Source: Mobula hypostoma (lineage: Eukaryota). From it: a DNA stretch of 64,000 bases. The notes beneath the pieces were generated by a model. The model did no database searches. It saw nothing but the letters and a program-made list of their open reading frames with translations, and had not been told where the DNA came from. Location: contig NC_086097.1 of the NCBI RefSeq assembly GCF_963921235.1, forward strand, positions 194,620,001-194,684,000, read 5' to 3'. Within the stretch, counting starts at the first letter, position 1; each line of letters opens with the position of its first letter. The position numbers were made by a program, and so were the translations under genes. Shown piece after piece: positions 36,975-48,670 of this stretch.

Positions 36975-39960
36975 TGGCTATGGCAGCTGGCCACCAGGAC
37001 AGCCTCTTGTATGTCTGGGACAAACAGTCGGGACGCCGCTTCTTAGTTGACACTGGAGCGGAAATCAGCGTCTTACCCTCGATGGGGTATGACACCCGCA
37101 AAAGGGAGCCGGGACCCACTCTGTGGGTTGCAAACGGCAGCACGATACGGACCTATGGCACCCGCACAGTGGCAGCTGCAGTTCAGCACCAGCCGATTCA
37201 CGTGGGACTTCCCACTGGCCGCTGTGGCCCAACCACTCCTGGGGGCGGACTTCTTGCAACCCCACAGCCTGCTGGTCGACTTGCAAGGGAAAAGACTGGT
37301 CCATGCCAGGACTTTCCAGACGCTCTCCCTGGGTGAAGCCAAGTTACCGGCCCCACACCTGGACTCCATCACGCTGTCTGACAACGAATTCACCAGAATC
37401 CTGGCGGACTTTCCATCGGCTCTGGCACTGCAGTTCACGGCAGCCATGCCCAGACACGGAGTACAGTACCACATCCCGACCCAGGGACCACCCCTCCACG
37501 CCCGTGCATGAAGGCTCCCCCAAGACAAGCTCCGCCTGGCGAAGGAGGAGTTCAAGAAGATGGAGGAATTGGGGATCGTACGGCGGTCTGACAGCCCATG
37601 GGCCTCTCCCCCTGCACATGGTGCCCAAAGCAGCCGGAGGCTGGAGACCATGCGGCGACTACCGCAGACTGAACGAGGCTACAACTCTAGACTGCTACCC
37701 CGTGCCGCACATACAGGACTTTGCGGCAAACCTGCACGGGGCCAGCATTTTTTCCAAGGTAGACCTCGTCTGGGGATACCATCAAATCCTGGTACAGCCT
37801 GAAGATATCCCCAAAACAGCACTCATCACCCCGTTCAGCCTGAAGAAGTTCCAGCAGCTAACGGATGCGATGGGACACGACCTGGACTTTGTGTTAATCT
37901 ATTTGGACGACATCCTCTTAGCCAGCAGTAGTCGTCAGGAGCATCTGTCCCACCTCCGCCAGCTCTACTCCCGCCTGAGTGATTATGGCCTCACGATCAA
38001 CCCGGCCAAGTGCCAGTTCGGACTCGACACCATCGACTGCCTGGGCCACAGGATTACCAATGACGGGACAACACTTCTGCCACTTCGCCCAGCCCAGCAC
38101 AGTCAAAGGCCTGCTGGAGTTGGTTGGTATGGTGAACTTCTACCACCGCTTCCTCCCCTCAGCAGCCCGTATCATGTGCCCTTTGTTCTCCCTGATGTCG
38201 GGTAAAGGCAAGGACATTACTTGGGACAAAGAGGCTGCGGCCGCTTTTGTTAAAGCCAAGGAAGCCTTGGCAGACGCCGCGATGCTGGTGCACCTCAGAA
38301 TGAACCGCCCTCACAGTGGACGCATCCAACACAGCAGTCGGTGGGGTGCTGAAGCAAATCATCGAGGGTCGCTGGCAACCCCTGGCATTCTTCAACAGGC
38401 ACCTACGGCCACCTGAACTCAAGTACAGTGCCTTCGACCAGGAGCTGTTGGCACTATATCTGGCAAACTGGCATTTCAGGTACTTCTTAGAAGGCAGGCC
38501 GTTCACCGCGTTCACGGACCATAAACCATTGACCTTCGCACTCATGAAGGTGTCTGATCCCTGGTCGGCCTGCCAGTAGCGAAATCTGTCCTACATCTGC
38601 AAGTACACGACGGACATCCAGCATGTCTCGGGAAAGGACAACGTCGTGGTGGACACACTCTCCAGACCAGCTATCCAGGCCCTGTCCCAGGGGGTGGACT
38701 ATGCAGCACTGGCGGAGGCGCAGCAGGTAGACGATGAGATGCCCAGCTACAGGACCGCAGTGTCGGGTTTGCAGCTGCAAGACTTCCTCGTAGGCCCAGG
38801 TGAGAGGACCCTCCTGTGTGACGTGGCTACCGGCCAACCTCGCCCCATCGTCGCGGCAGCCTGGCGGTGGCGAGTTTTCAACTCCATACACGGCTTGGTG
38901 CGCCCATCTATTAGGACAACCGTCTGGATGGTCTCCAACAGGTTCGTGTGGCATGGACTTCGCAAACAGGTCAGCGAATGGGCCAAAACGTGTATGCAGT
39001 GCCAAACGGCCAAGGTGCAGCGGCACACCAAGGCTCCACCGCAGCAGTTTGAACCCACCTGCCGGAGGTTCGACCACATTCATGTGGATATCGTGGGGCC
39101 CCTGCCAGTGTCGCGAGGAGCGTGGTACCTCCTAACTATGGTAGACCAGTTCACCAGATGGCCAGAAGTGGTCCCGCTCACCAACACAACTGCCGATTCC
39201 TGCGCCCAAGCGCTGATTGCAACCTGGGTAGCACGCTTCGGAATACCGGCCCACATTACCTCCGACAGGGGCGCCCAGTTCACCCCCAGCCAGTGGTTGG
39301 CTGTGACCAACCTTTTAGGAACACAGTTACACCATACAACTGCCTAACACCCACAGTCGAACAGACTAGTGGAACGCTTCCACCGTCACTTGAAGTCGGC
39401 TCTCATGGCCCGCCTGAAAGGGCCTAACTGGGTGGACGAGCTTCCCTCGGTCCTGCGTGGAATCCACACAGCACCCAAAGAGGATCTACACACCTCGTCG
39501 GCCGAGTTGGTGTACGGCGCACCCCTGGTCATCCCAGGAGAGTTCATACCAGCCCCAAGGGGGCAAGAGGAAGAACCCGCAGCAGTCCTGGACAGACTAC
39601 GGGACAGGCTGGGCAACCTGGCCCCCATACCCACTTCAGAGCACGGACAGAGCCCGACCTGCGTACCCAAAGACCTGCAGAACTGTAAGTTTGTATTTGT
39701 ACGAAGGGGCGCACCCCGGGCACCGCTACAGCGGCTGTACGAAGGGCTGTTCAAGGTGATCAGTAACAACGGGTCCACGTACGTTCTGGACATTGGGGGG
39801 AAAGAGGAGGTTTTCATGGTGGACCAACTCAAAGCGGCCCACGTGGACTTGGCGCAGCCGGTCGAGGCTCAGGCACCGCGGCACAGAGGAAGACCGCCCA
39901 AACAGAGACTGATCCAGACTGTGGACATTGGGGGGTGCATCACCGATTCACAGGTTCTTG
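36974..39960 (+). pseudogene. Disrupted pol (PR-RT-RNaseH-IN)
   Basis: Domain motifs are spread over ORFs 36881, 37047, 37123, 37979, 38316, 38646 and 39369, in different frames or separated by stops. Confidence 0.9.
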
Positions 39961-41318
39961 GGGGGGGGTTATGTGGCAACCCACTTTCTATGTAGGTGAA
40001 CCGGCTCACAAAATGGCGCCCGCGTCAGCAGAGAGGCCAGCCACAAAATGGTGCTGGGCCTTCTTCTCCACCAGCAAGGGGAGAAAGCCCACGCGAGAAG
40101 AGAGTTTTGTAATGCACCTCTGACATCATTTCCGCCCGGAGAGGGCGGGAACGGAACTGCGTAAAAGCTAGTGCCGTGAAGTTTGAATAAACTAGTCTCG
40201 AGTGCAACTGACAGACTGTGTGTCGTTATTTCTAGCTCTGTGTGTAGCTCATCGCTACAGACTACTCTTAAATTGGCCTTTACATTTTGACTGTTTTGCA
40301 TGGGTGACCCTAACAAAAGCCAAAGTATAAAGCTTTGACTCAGCAGATAGGCACTACACTGTGAAAAGCTAACCTCACTCTATGTATACAAAACACATGC
40401 AGGGTAGAGATAATGTGGGGAAAAGTAGTTAAGAAATAGAATAAGATTAATGAAAACTATGGATCTAGGAGCATTTATTTCAGGACATATGATTCCCCTG
40501 TTGATGTCAACTTGAAATAAAGCGGAAGCTTGTTCTGAATATAAATCCGTGTGAACACTTTCCATCCATACAGTGGAGATGCCCAATCATGCTCACTCTG
40601 TCATGGCGAAGATTGTTGCTATATGCAGCCTTAAAGAAAGCTTGATAAAATATTAAAGCATTTAAAATGTATTTTTATTTATTTCACTAAGAAACTTACA
40701 AACTCCATCTCTAGGTGCTGAGAGAAATGAGAAGAATTTGAGGAATATGGATTTTTTTCTTTGTTCTAATTGTTCTCTTTCACATAAAAACTTTTATAAT
40801 TTATGTTTTTCTTGTGAATGCTGCTTATCTCTTGCTATGATGCTGCTGCGAGCAAGCTTTTCATTGAGTTTTCTCTTTTTGACTTTGAATTTGAAATCTG
40901 TTGCTCTCTTGTACATATTTTCCAACACAATTCCAAGTTTCCAACATTATCCTCAGTGGCCACTTTATTAGGTAGACATTTACACCTGCTCGTTAATGGA
41001 AATATCTAATCAGCCAATCATAGCACAGCAAATGAATACATCAGACCATACTGACATGATCAAGAGGCTCAGTTGTTGTTCAGACCAGACATCACAATGG
41101 GGAACAATGGATTTAACCATGCAATGATTGTTGCCAGATGGGGTGGTTTGAGTGCCTCAGAAACTGCTGATCTTCTGGGATTTTCACACACAACAGTCTC
41201 TGGAATTGTTAGAGAATGATGCAAAAAACAAACGAAATAAAAATCTGGTGATTCGTAGTTCTGCGGGTCAAAATGTTTTGTTAATGAAAGAAGTCAGAGG
41301 AAAATGCCAGACTAAGTC

Positions 41319-42624
41319 TGTCATGATTCCTGTAGGCTTCTGTGGTGTGCCACAGAGTGTTGGGTTTCTATGTTTCTTGAGCACCTGTATTTCCTAATTG
41401 CTACCTTGATGAGAGTCATTAAGCTCTTGTGTGCTCTGTTTGATCTTGTCAATTTAGTTGGGACTGGACCACTTTCCTGTATTCTATTATTATTTAAAGG
41501 GGGCTCTTGTTGAGTGCTTTTAGCGGAGACCTTGTGTTTGTGGAGAATGATTTGCCTCATGGTGTTGCTTTGTTGTGCCTCTGATGCTCTGTTGGTATTC
41601 CTATGTATAACTTCTTGTTTACGTCTCTTCATGGGGAGTCTGGTGTTCCTCTGCACCAGGACTGAATCATTGCCAGTGCTCACTGTGACAGAGTCTGCTG
41701 TTCCTCTGCACCAGGACTGAATCATTGCCAGTGCTCACTGTGACAGAGTCTGGTGTTCCTCTGCACCAGGACTGAATCATTGCCAGTGCTCACTGTGACA
41801 GAGTCTGCTGTTCCTCTGCACCAGGACTGAATCATTGCCAGTGCTCACTGTGACAGAGTCTGGTGTTCCTCTGCACCAGGACTGAATCATTGCCAGTGCT
41901 CACTGTGACAGAGTCTGGTGTTCCTCTGCACCAGGACTGAATCATTGCCAGTGCTCACTGTGACAGAGTCTGGTGTTCCTCTGCACCAGCACTGAATCAT
42001 TGCCAGTGCTCACTGTGACAGAGTCTGCTGTTCCTCTGCACCAGGACTGAATCATTGCCAGTGCTCACTGTGACAGAATCTGGTGTTCCTCTGTACCAGG
42101 ACTGAATCATTGCCAGTGCTCGCTGTGACAGAGTCTGGTGTTCCTCTGCACCAGGACTGAATCATTGCCAGTGCTCACTGTGACAGAGTCTGGTGTTCCT
42201 CTGTACCAGGACTGAATCATTGCCAGTGCTCGCTGTGACAGAGTCTGGTGTTCCTGTGCACCAGCACTGAATCATTGCCAGTGCTCGCTGTGACAGAGTC
42301 TGGTGTTCCTCTGTACCAGGACTGAATCATTGCCAGTGCTCGCTGTGACAGAGTCTTGTGTTCCTTTGCACCAGCACTGAATCATTGCCAGTGCTCGCTG
42401 TGACAGAGTCTGGTGTTCCTTTGCACCAGCACTGAATCATTGCCAGTGCTCGCTGTGACAGAGTCTACTATTCCTCCGCACCAGGACTGAATCATTGCCA
42501 GTGCTCAGTGTGACAGAGTCTGCTGTTCCTCTGCACCAGGACTGAATCATTGCCAGTGCTCACTGTGACAGAGTCTGCCAATTCTTCACTCTTGGATCCA
42601 GTCCTGCCAGGGTACACCATGACA
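41319..42624. mobile_element. LTR-like insert (TGTCATG...CATGACA) containing a tandem array
   Basis: 7-bp inverted termini, and it interrupts the Tc1 sequence. The TSD is imperfect (AGTC/GGTT). Confidence 0.55.
41636..42576. repeat. Minisatellite, 17 x 55 bp
   Basis: Unit gagtctggtgttcctctgcaccaggactgaatcattgccagtgctcactgtgaca, arranged head-to-tail with few variant sites. Confidence 0.97.
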
Positions 42625-43039
42625 GGTTTAAGCTGACAGGAAGGCTATAGTCACTCAAATAACTGCGTGTTCCAACAGTGGTGTGCAGAAGAGCATCTCT
42701 GAATACACAGAATGTCAAACATTGAAGTGGATGGGCTATAGAGCAGGAGACCATGAACATAAACTCAACGGCAACTTTATTAGCTACAGGAGGTGCCTAA
42801 TGAGGTGGCCACTGAGTGTATATTTCCACTTTGAAGCTTGAAGTGATAAGAATGTATCTTTGTGGTTTCATTAATGGCAAGCTTTGCTGAAAATCGGGGA
42901 GACTTTGCTGCCAATATGATCACATATACTGATGGCTGCAGAAACTATAATTCGGTTGTTTTCATCAAATGGAATTAAAGTACCAAATGCTATCCCAGGT
43001 TCTGCTCCATTTTGAGAGGTCACAGATCAGATATTCTCC

Positions 43040-44530
43040 CTGGACTGTGGGGATGTTAATTTTTTTCAAGAAGACTTTGAAATATTTTCCTCTGTCCACC
43101 TAGAAGTTTCTTACCTTGGCACAGCTTTGAACAGATTATGTGATTTGGAAGTCTGATGTCAGGCAGTTAATAATTGATGGAGCTGGTTCTGTAAATAGAG
43201 CCTTCATACTGGGATTGTTTGCCAGTGAGAGGGCTGAAATGGCAGTTTACTTACATTGGCCATGGTTTTGAATAATGTTATGGTGACAGCAGTGATGTTT
43301 ATCTTTCCAGAGTTTGGAGGTAGTCAATCTCAGAAATGTTCAGGAGGACAAGCATCACTGGTGGTCTTATCTGCAAACATTCTTTTCCTTAGATGGCCAA
43401 GATGCGTTTAAATATCAATACCCTTCTCTTTCGAGAGATGGATGTTATGAAACAGGAAACAGTACTCACTTTTCAAGGTCTTGTTGGAGACCATCACTTT
43501 CAGAAGTGGCTGTTGTAAAGAGATCTTGGACTTGCTTTATAGATGTTATGTGTAGTGTCTATTTTCTTATATTTTTCAGTGGACATCAACGATGACTCAG
43601 AGCTCAGACTTTGAACATCTGCACTATGCAACAATACTTAACACAACACTAATTGATGACTTAGACCAGGACACGCTGACTTGGAAGTCGAGACATCATG
43701 GAGTTAACAATTCTCCCTCTAGAATATATAGCAAATGCAGGATAGAGACAAATTTCTGTAGGAAGCAGACTCTGAGGAGGATGAACTACAGTTTTTTTTA
43801 GATTTTTTTTAGATTATGAAGACACGCAGTCCTCTTTTATTGTCATTTAGTAATGCATGCATGTAAGTCCTCTTTTATTGTCATTTAGTAATGCATACAT
43901 GTAAGTTCCTAACAAGTCCAGGAGTCAATGGCTTTTGCAAGGTCATTGAGTCATGGAGTTCTACAGCATGGAACAGGTCCTTCAACCCAACTCATCCATG
44001 CTGATCATGTTGGCTATCTGGCCAAGTCCAAACTCCCTGAATTTTCCCCATACCCCTCTGAATCTGGGGAAAAAAACAGCTTATCCAGTCTCTCCTTATA
44101 ACTGAAACTCTTTAGTCCTAGTTTCTGAATTGCTTTGCTTCTTTGCTTCTACTCCCTGATGTACAGTGAAAATCATGCCTGATGTACTTCAAAAATGGAT
44201 TAAGTCTACCTAACAATTCTGGGAAATGTTCCTCAGCCACTGAAGAGACAGTTAAGAAGGACACTGGCAATGACTTTACCTGTTGGAGACAGCAGAGAGA
44301 CTCCTCTGAAGTTATGCAATCAGATTCGTCTCCTTTCCCAGAGGTTGCCTCAATTATGGTGTCCCTGATGGTTTCTGGCATGTCCCCCTCATCCCAGACT
44401 TGGGGGATAAGTTTATGACTGAATTCCTTCACTACTAATGTTAAGATATCAGCAGTTCTGCCACCTACTTCCAAATTCTTGTTATTTTAGAGGTAGCATC
44501 TCCATTTGTCAGCTTTTTAGTGGAAGTAGC
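43040..44530 (-). mobile_element. Highly decayed RTE-clade LINE with small nested repeats
   Basis: ORF 44118-44474 VWDEGDMPETIRDTII..KGDESDC resembles an RTE RT N-terminus. Confidence 0.55.
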
Positions 44531-44539
44531 CTCCAAGAG

Positions 44540-44918
44540 GTCACCTTATCAAGATTTGGAGGCTTGTGTGCCTCAATGACCCAGAGAGATATGTTGGTTG
44601 GAGTCAGGGCTTTATGCTTTGGCTCTTGTTAGGGTCAAAGGATAGAGGCCAGACTAAGAGTGGTCCACCATTCTCCAGGTTTGGGGGTTCAGCCCAGGGC
44701 TAACAACCCTGACTGGTAAAACAAAAACTCTAATGGAAACAGCAAAGAAGAAACCTTCTACATTTGAGTGCAATGGTATTCCTGACTCTCCAACTAGGAC
44801 TGACAGTAGTGAAAACTGAGAAGAAGCTACTCACATGACGAAGGAAGCCCTGAACACCACCAGAAATGGAGGACCTTCATTGCTGCCCGGAACACCAGCA
44901 GCATAAGTAAGCAAGTAG
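44540..44918 (+). mobile_element. Short RTE-derived non-autonomous element
   Basis: RTE-like 5' UTR (gggctaacaaccct) joined to a 3' end (tggaggaccttcattgctgccc) and a (TAAG)-like tail. A second copy flanks the Gypsy. Confidence 0.6.
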
Positions 44919-47559
44919 TGGTGGCAGGTTGCTGGACAGTAATAGCTTGCTATGGATTAGTTTTGAGGACATTCACGTCAAAGACAGAGACAAGGTTAAG
45001 TGTTTCTTCTGTGATCTCAGTAAGATTGACTCGATTCTCAGCTCTTGGCACATTGGGACCAGGAAAATTATTGCTTGACTCCCTGATGTTGGTTTGATAA
45101 GACCATGCTCTAAGAATTTTGTTAGGAAGAGGACCTCATTGGAGTTGATCTTTCAAATCCTTCCTTGCCAAGGGTTTGTATCTTTTCTCATCCCAGAAGA
45201 TCAGTTTGCCTTCCTTTGGAATAACGACTGAGTTCTTTTGAGGTTGGAATGGAAGTCCATCTTGCCTCACCTGTAGCTTTCAGGCTGGGTTGTACTTGTT
45301 AATTACTGCAGTGTGCAGCTTCCATGTTAGAGTGTGCTTACAGGTTGCAAAATATTCATTAATATCTCAGGGAGAGCAGCTCATTTTTTAATGCAAAAGC
45401 ACCTCTAAAGCTAATGTTTCCTTTCTGGATTCACTTCCAGGATGATGCATGATTGATTACTTCATACTGTGTTTTATTCAAGGCAGTAATGTCAATGTCA
45501 AAGCATCTTATTCTGACCTGTGCTAGTGGAGCAATGTTCTGTTTTGCCACTGTTGGTTCTGTCCATGAAGTCTTAACAGTCTAGGATCCCAACTTTATAC
45601 TGAAGAGCGGAAGTTGGCTGTGCATGATATATTTTTAAAAATACAGAAAAGCCACCTGCAACCACATGGGTTTGACAAAGAGAGACCTTGATCCATTGAC
45701 AAAGGAACCTCTTCTCCTTCATTTTTCCTTTCCTTAATCCCCCTTCTGGACTTCTTCCAACCCCTATTTCCCTCCTTCACTCTTAAACCCTGACATTTGG
45801 CCACCTTTCTCCCCCACTCCTCCCACATCTCTTTCCTTGAGTTCTCCATTTACCTTCTTCTGTTCTCCTTCTTCCTACCTTAACTCCTTCATATTCATAT
45901 CACAGGAAGTACAGCACAGCTTCCTGTGCTGTTGCTGAACAAAATTCCCTTAACAATCAGTTGGGCTGATGGTACCAACCTTGTGCCAATGGTCAGGACC
46001 TGTACTTAGGTCAACAAGTGGGGAAGCAAGCCCTTGGTATGTAGGCCAGTGGGTAGGAGAATTCCCCTCCCTTTCAGCTCTCTCTTTTTATTAATCCTTT
46101 TCCCTCATAGATCCAAACTGCATCCTTTCTCTCTTTGCTTCCCAACCCCCAGCATCCCTTGAATATCCTGGTTTAGGCTTTTCAGCCTGCTGCCTGACCT
46201 GAACCATTAAAACTCCCCAAGGAAAATCTTAGGCTGAGCATCCGGCCCGGTGTTGCCTGATGGTTTTTGTGTCCACCTTCTCACTGTTTGTTCATTTGTC
46301 AATGGACAATTGTGAGTGACATAAACACAAACCATTTCTAATGGAAATGTAAAACACAAAGGATACATTTCAAATCAACTCCCACTCAGAAGCTCGACAA
46401 CAGTGCGAGAATAAGGTGTAAATCAAAGTTTCCTTTCAGTTTCTAATGGTATTTACTTACATCCTTAATTATCATCAGATGAAATAAAACAAATGTTAAT
46501 GTTGTACTTAAGAAACACCAAAAAAAGAGAACTGTTTATGTAGTTAAGACATCCTGCTAATGACAGTAGACCCTTCTATGACACAAAGAAAATTACTATG
46601 GTTTTCATATCAGGCCTTGTCTGAAAAAAATAGCTAAATGCCATTTTGGTTATTCACTTTAACTTACTACTTAAGCAAGGATGTAGGAAGTGCAAATGGG
46701 GATCATGGCTCTAATTCTTGGTCAAAATGAGAAATAGGAATAATTTCACTTAGCAATGGGATATAAGGAATGAAGGTGAGGATGTCATGATGTGGATTAC
46801 CAAATAGAGACAGGTTATGATGGATGGCTGGATAGCATTTAGGCATCTTGGTCTGTGAAAATGAGAAACAGAAGATAACATGTTCTAGTCATTGAAGGAA
46901 ATAGGAGTTGGAAAAAGGGATGGAGATGGCATGGGAGGCGAGTTAAGAGGTAGTTAAAGAGCCTTACTTATGAGCTCTGAGATGAATAAATTAAGACACA
47001 GAGAGGTGACAAGCTCTTGACAAGAAAGGAGGGATAGGATGGTTTTAGAGAGAAAGAGTTCATTTGAGGATAAGAGAGCAATTAAATGAGGATAAAGATC
47101 ACGGTGATTTGATATGCAGGTTGACATCACAAAGGCTGAACAGTCATTGCGCTGATTGAGGGACCGAACATAAGGTCTAAGAGCTTGTGTCTTGATAAAT
47201 AGATGGCTTCTGCCCTGCAGGAATCTTTATTCACCACAATGGCAGTAGCTGTGGCAGAGAATATCATCATCAAATCTATCCAAGAGATGTCTTGGGAAAT
47301 TGGTGTTATCAATCGATGTGCAATGCATTGATGGATGAAGTAAGTCACTGATACATTGTTTATTAGGGCAGACTCATTCATCAGCTCTCCCATAGTTAAC
47401 CATCAGCAGAAACGTGTGAGGACAGTCAATTTCATATTCTTCAACACAGATCATGATTCAGTTATTTTGAAGTTCCTCCTCCAAAGCCTGAGCTACATGA
47501 TTGAGAGGGAAGCATATAGGAAAGAAAGCTTAGATGCAGTCAATGAGGGAACAAAGTAC

Positions 47560-48670
47560 AAGTGACAGAATCATAGACCAACGCAGTACGAACACAGGAC
47601 CTTTGGCCAAACTTGTCCATACCAACTATAGTCCCATCAAGCGAGTCTTATTTGCCTGCATTTGGCCCATATCTCTCTAAATACTCCTATCAATGTACTT
47701 ATCCAAATGTCTTTTAAATGTGATTATTGTACCTGACTCAATCAGATTTTTTGGCTGCTTCTTCCACTTATGCACTACCTGCTGAATGAAGAAGTTGCCT
47801 CTCATGTTTCTTGTAATTATTTTTTCCTTTCACTTTATGCCTATGCCCTTTAGTTTTTAGTTTCTTTTCCTGGAAAAAAGACTATGTACATTCATTCTAT
47901 CAATACCCCTCCTGATGAAAGTATAGAAATTCCTAATATAAAAATAGAAAATGATAGAAACACTCAACAGGTCAGGCAGCATCTGTGGAAATAGAAATTG
48001 TTAAAGTTTCAAGTATGAGGTGCTTTGTCAGGACAGGCAAATGAAGAAAACTGGTCAGTTTTCAGTAGCAGAGAAAGTGTGCATTCAGTCAGGAGGCACT
48101 CTTGACAACACACTCCTTGAAGAAAGGAAAACAATTTGTTTGCAGTGTTTTAGACAACTGGATAATGAGCAAAGCACATGTTTCATTCAGCCCTTTAACA
48201 GTCTCATTTCCATGATCACGTTACAATAACCAGAAACATAAACAATTCTATAGATGCTGACAGGTGATAGGTAGAGTAGGTAAGAAGTTGAAGAAGAAGG
48301 AATCTGATAGGAGAGGACTGTGGACCATGGGGAAAAAGAGAAAGAGAAGAGGCACCAGATGGAGGTGATGACCAGGTGAGGAGAAGGGAACCAGAATGTG
48401 GAATTGGAAAAGAATAAAGGGAGGAGGGAGAAATTACTGTAACTTAGAGAAACCGAGAGTGGTCTCATCATGACAGTAGAGGAGGCCATGAACCAACATG
48501 TCATAATGGGAAAAGGAAGCAGAATTAAAATGAGTGACCACTGGAAAATCTGGCCTGTTGTGGAAGTGGAGTGAAGGTGCTTGCCAAAGGTGCCACTCTC
48601 AGGTTGGAGGAATAACACCTCATATTCCATGAGTAGCCTTCAGCTTGATGACATGAATATTGATTTCAAT
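47560..48670 (-). mobile_element. Decayed CR1 3' end (~47560-47915) and Penelope fragments (~47950-48670, partly inverted)
   Basis: Similarity to better-preserved copies in this window. Confidence 0.6.

Larger units (their letters stand above)
35945..40259 (+). mobile_element. Full-length Gypsy LTR retrotransposon, CsRn1/Kabuki/Boudicca-like, inactivated
   Basis: LTRs 35945-36230 and 39972-40259 (TG..CA), TSD GACT, PBS TGGTGACCCCGACG (tRNA-Trp-like) and G-run PPT. Contains gag with CHCC, PR FLVDTGAE, RT YLDD, RH TDHKPL and IN HHCC + SDRG, with several frameshifts and stops. Confidence 0.95.
35690..40380 (-). mobile_element. Short RTE-derived non-autonomous repeat (pieces ~35690-35944 and ~40260-40380) split by the Gypsy
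   Basis: Reverse complement resembles 44540-44918. Confidence 0.55.
40950..42818 (+). mobile_element. Tc1-like non-autonomous DNA transposon, split by an insertion
   Basis: TA-flanked TIRs ctcagtggccactttattagg and cctaatgaggtggccactgagtg. No intact transposase. Confidence 0.8.

Noticed and set aside
36407..39832. Multiple antisense ORFs over the Gypsy
   Set aside because: Shadow ORFs expected in GC-rich coding sequence; no recognisable domains.
41636..42576. CRISPR-like array
   Set aside because: Units are contiguous near-identical 55-mers with no unique spacers, there are no cas genes, and the context is eukaryotic.
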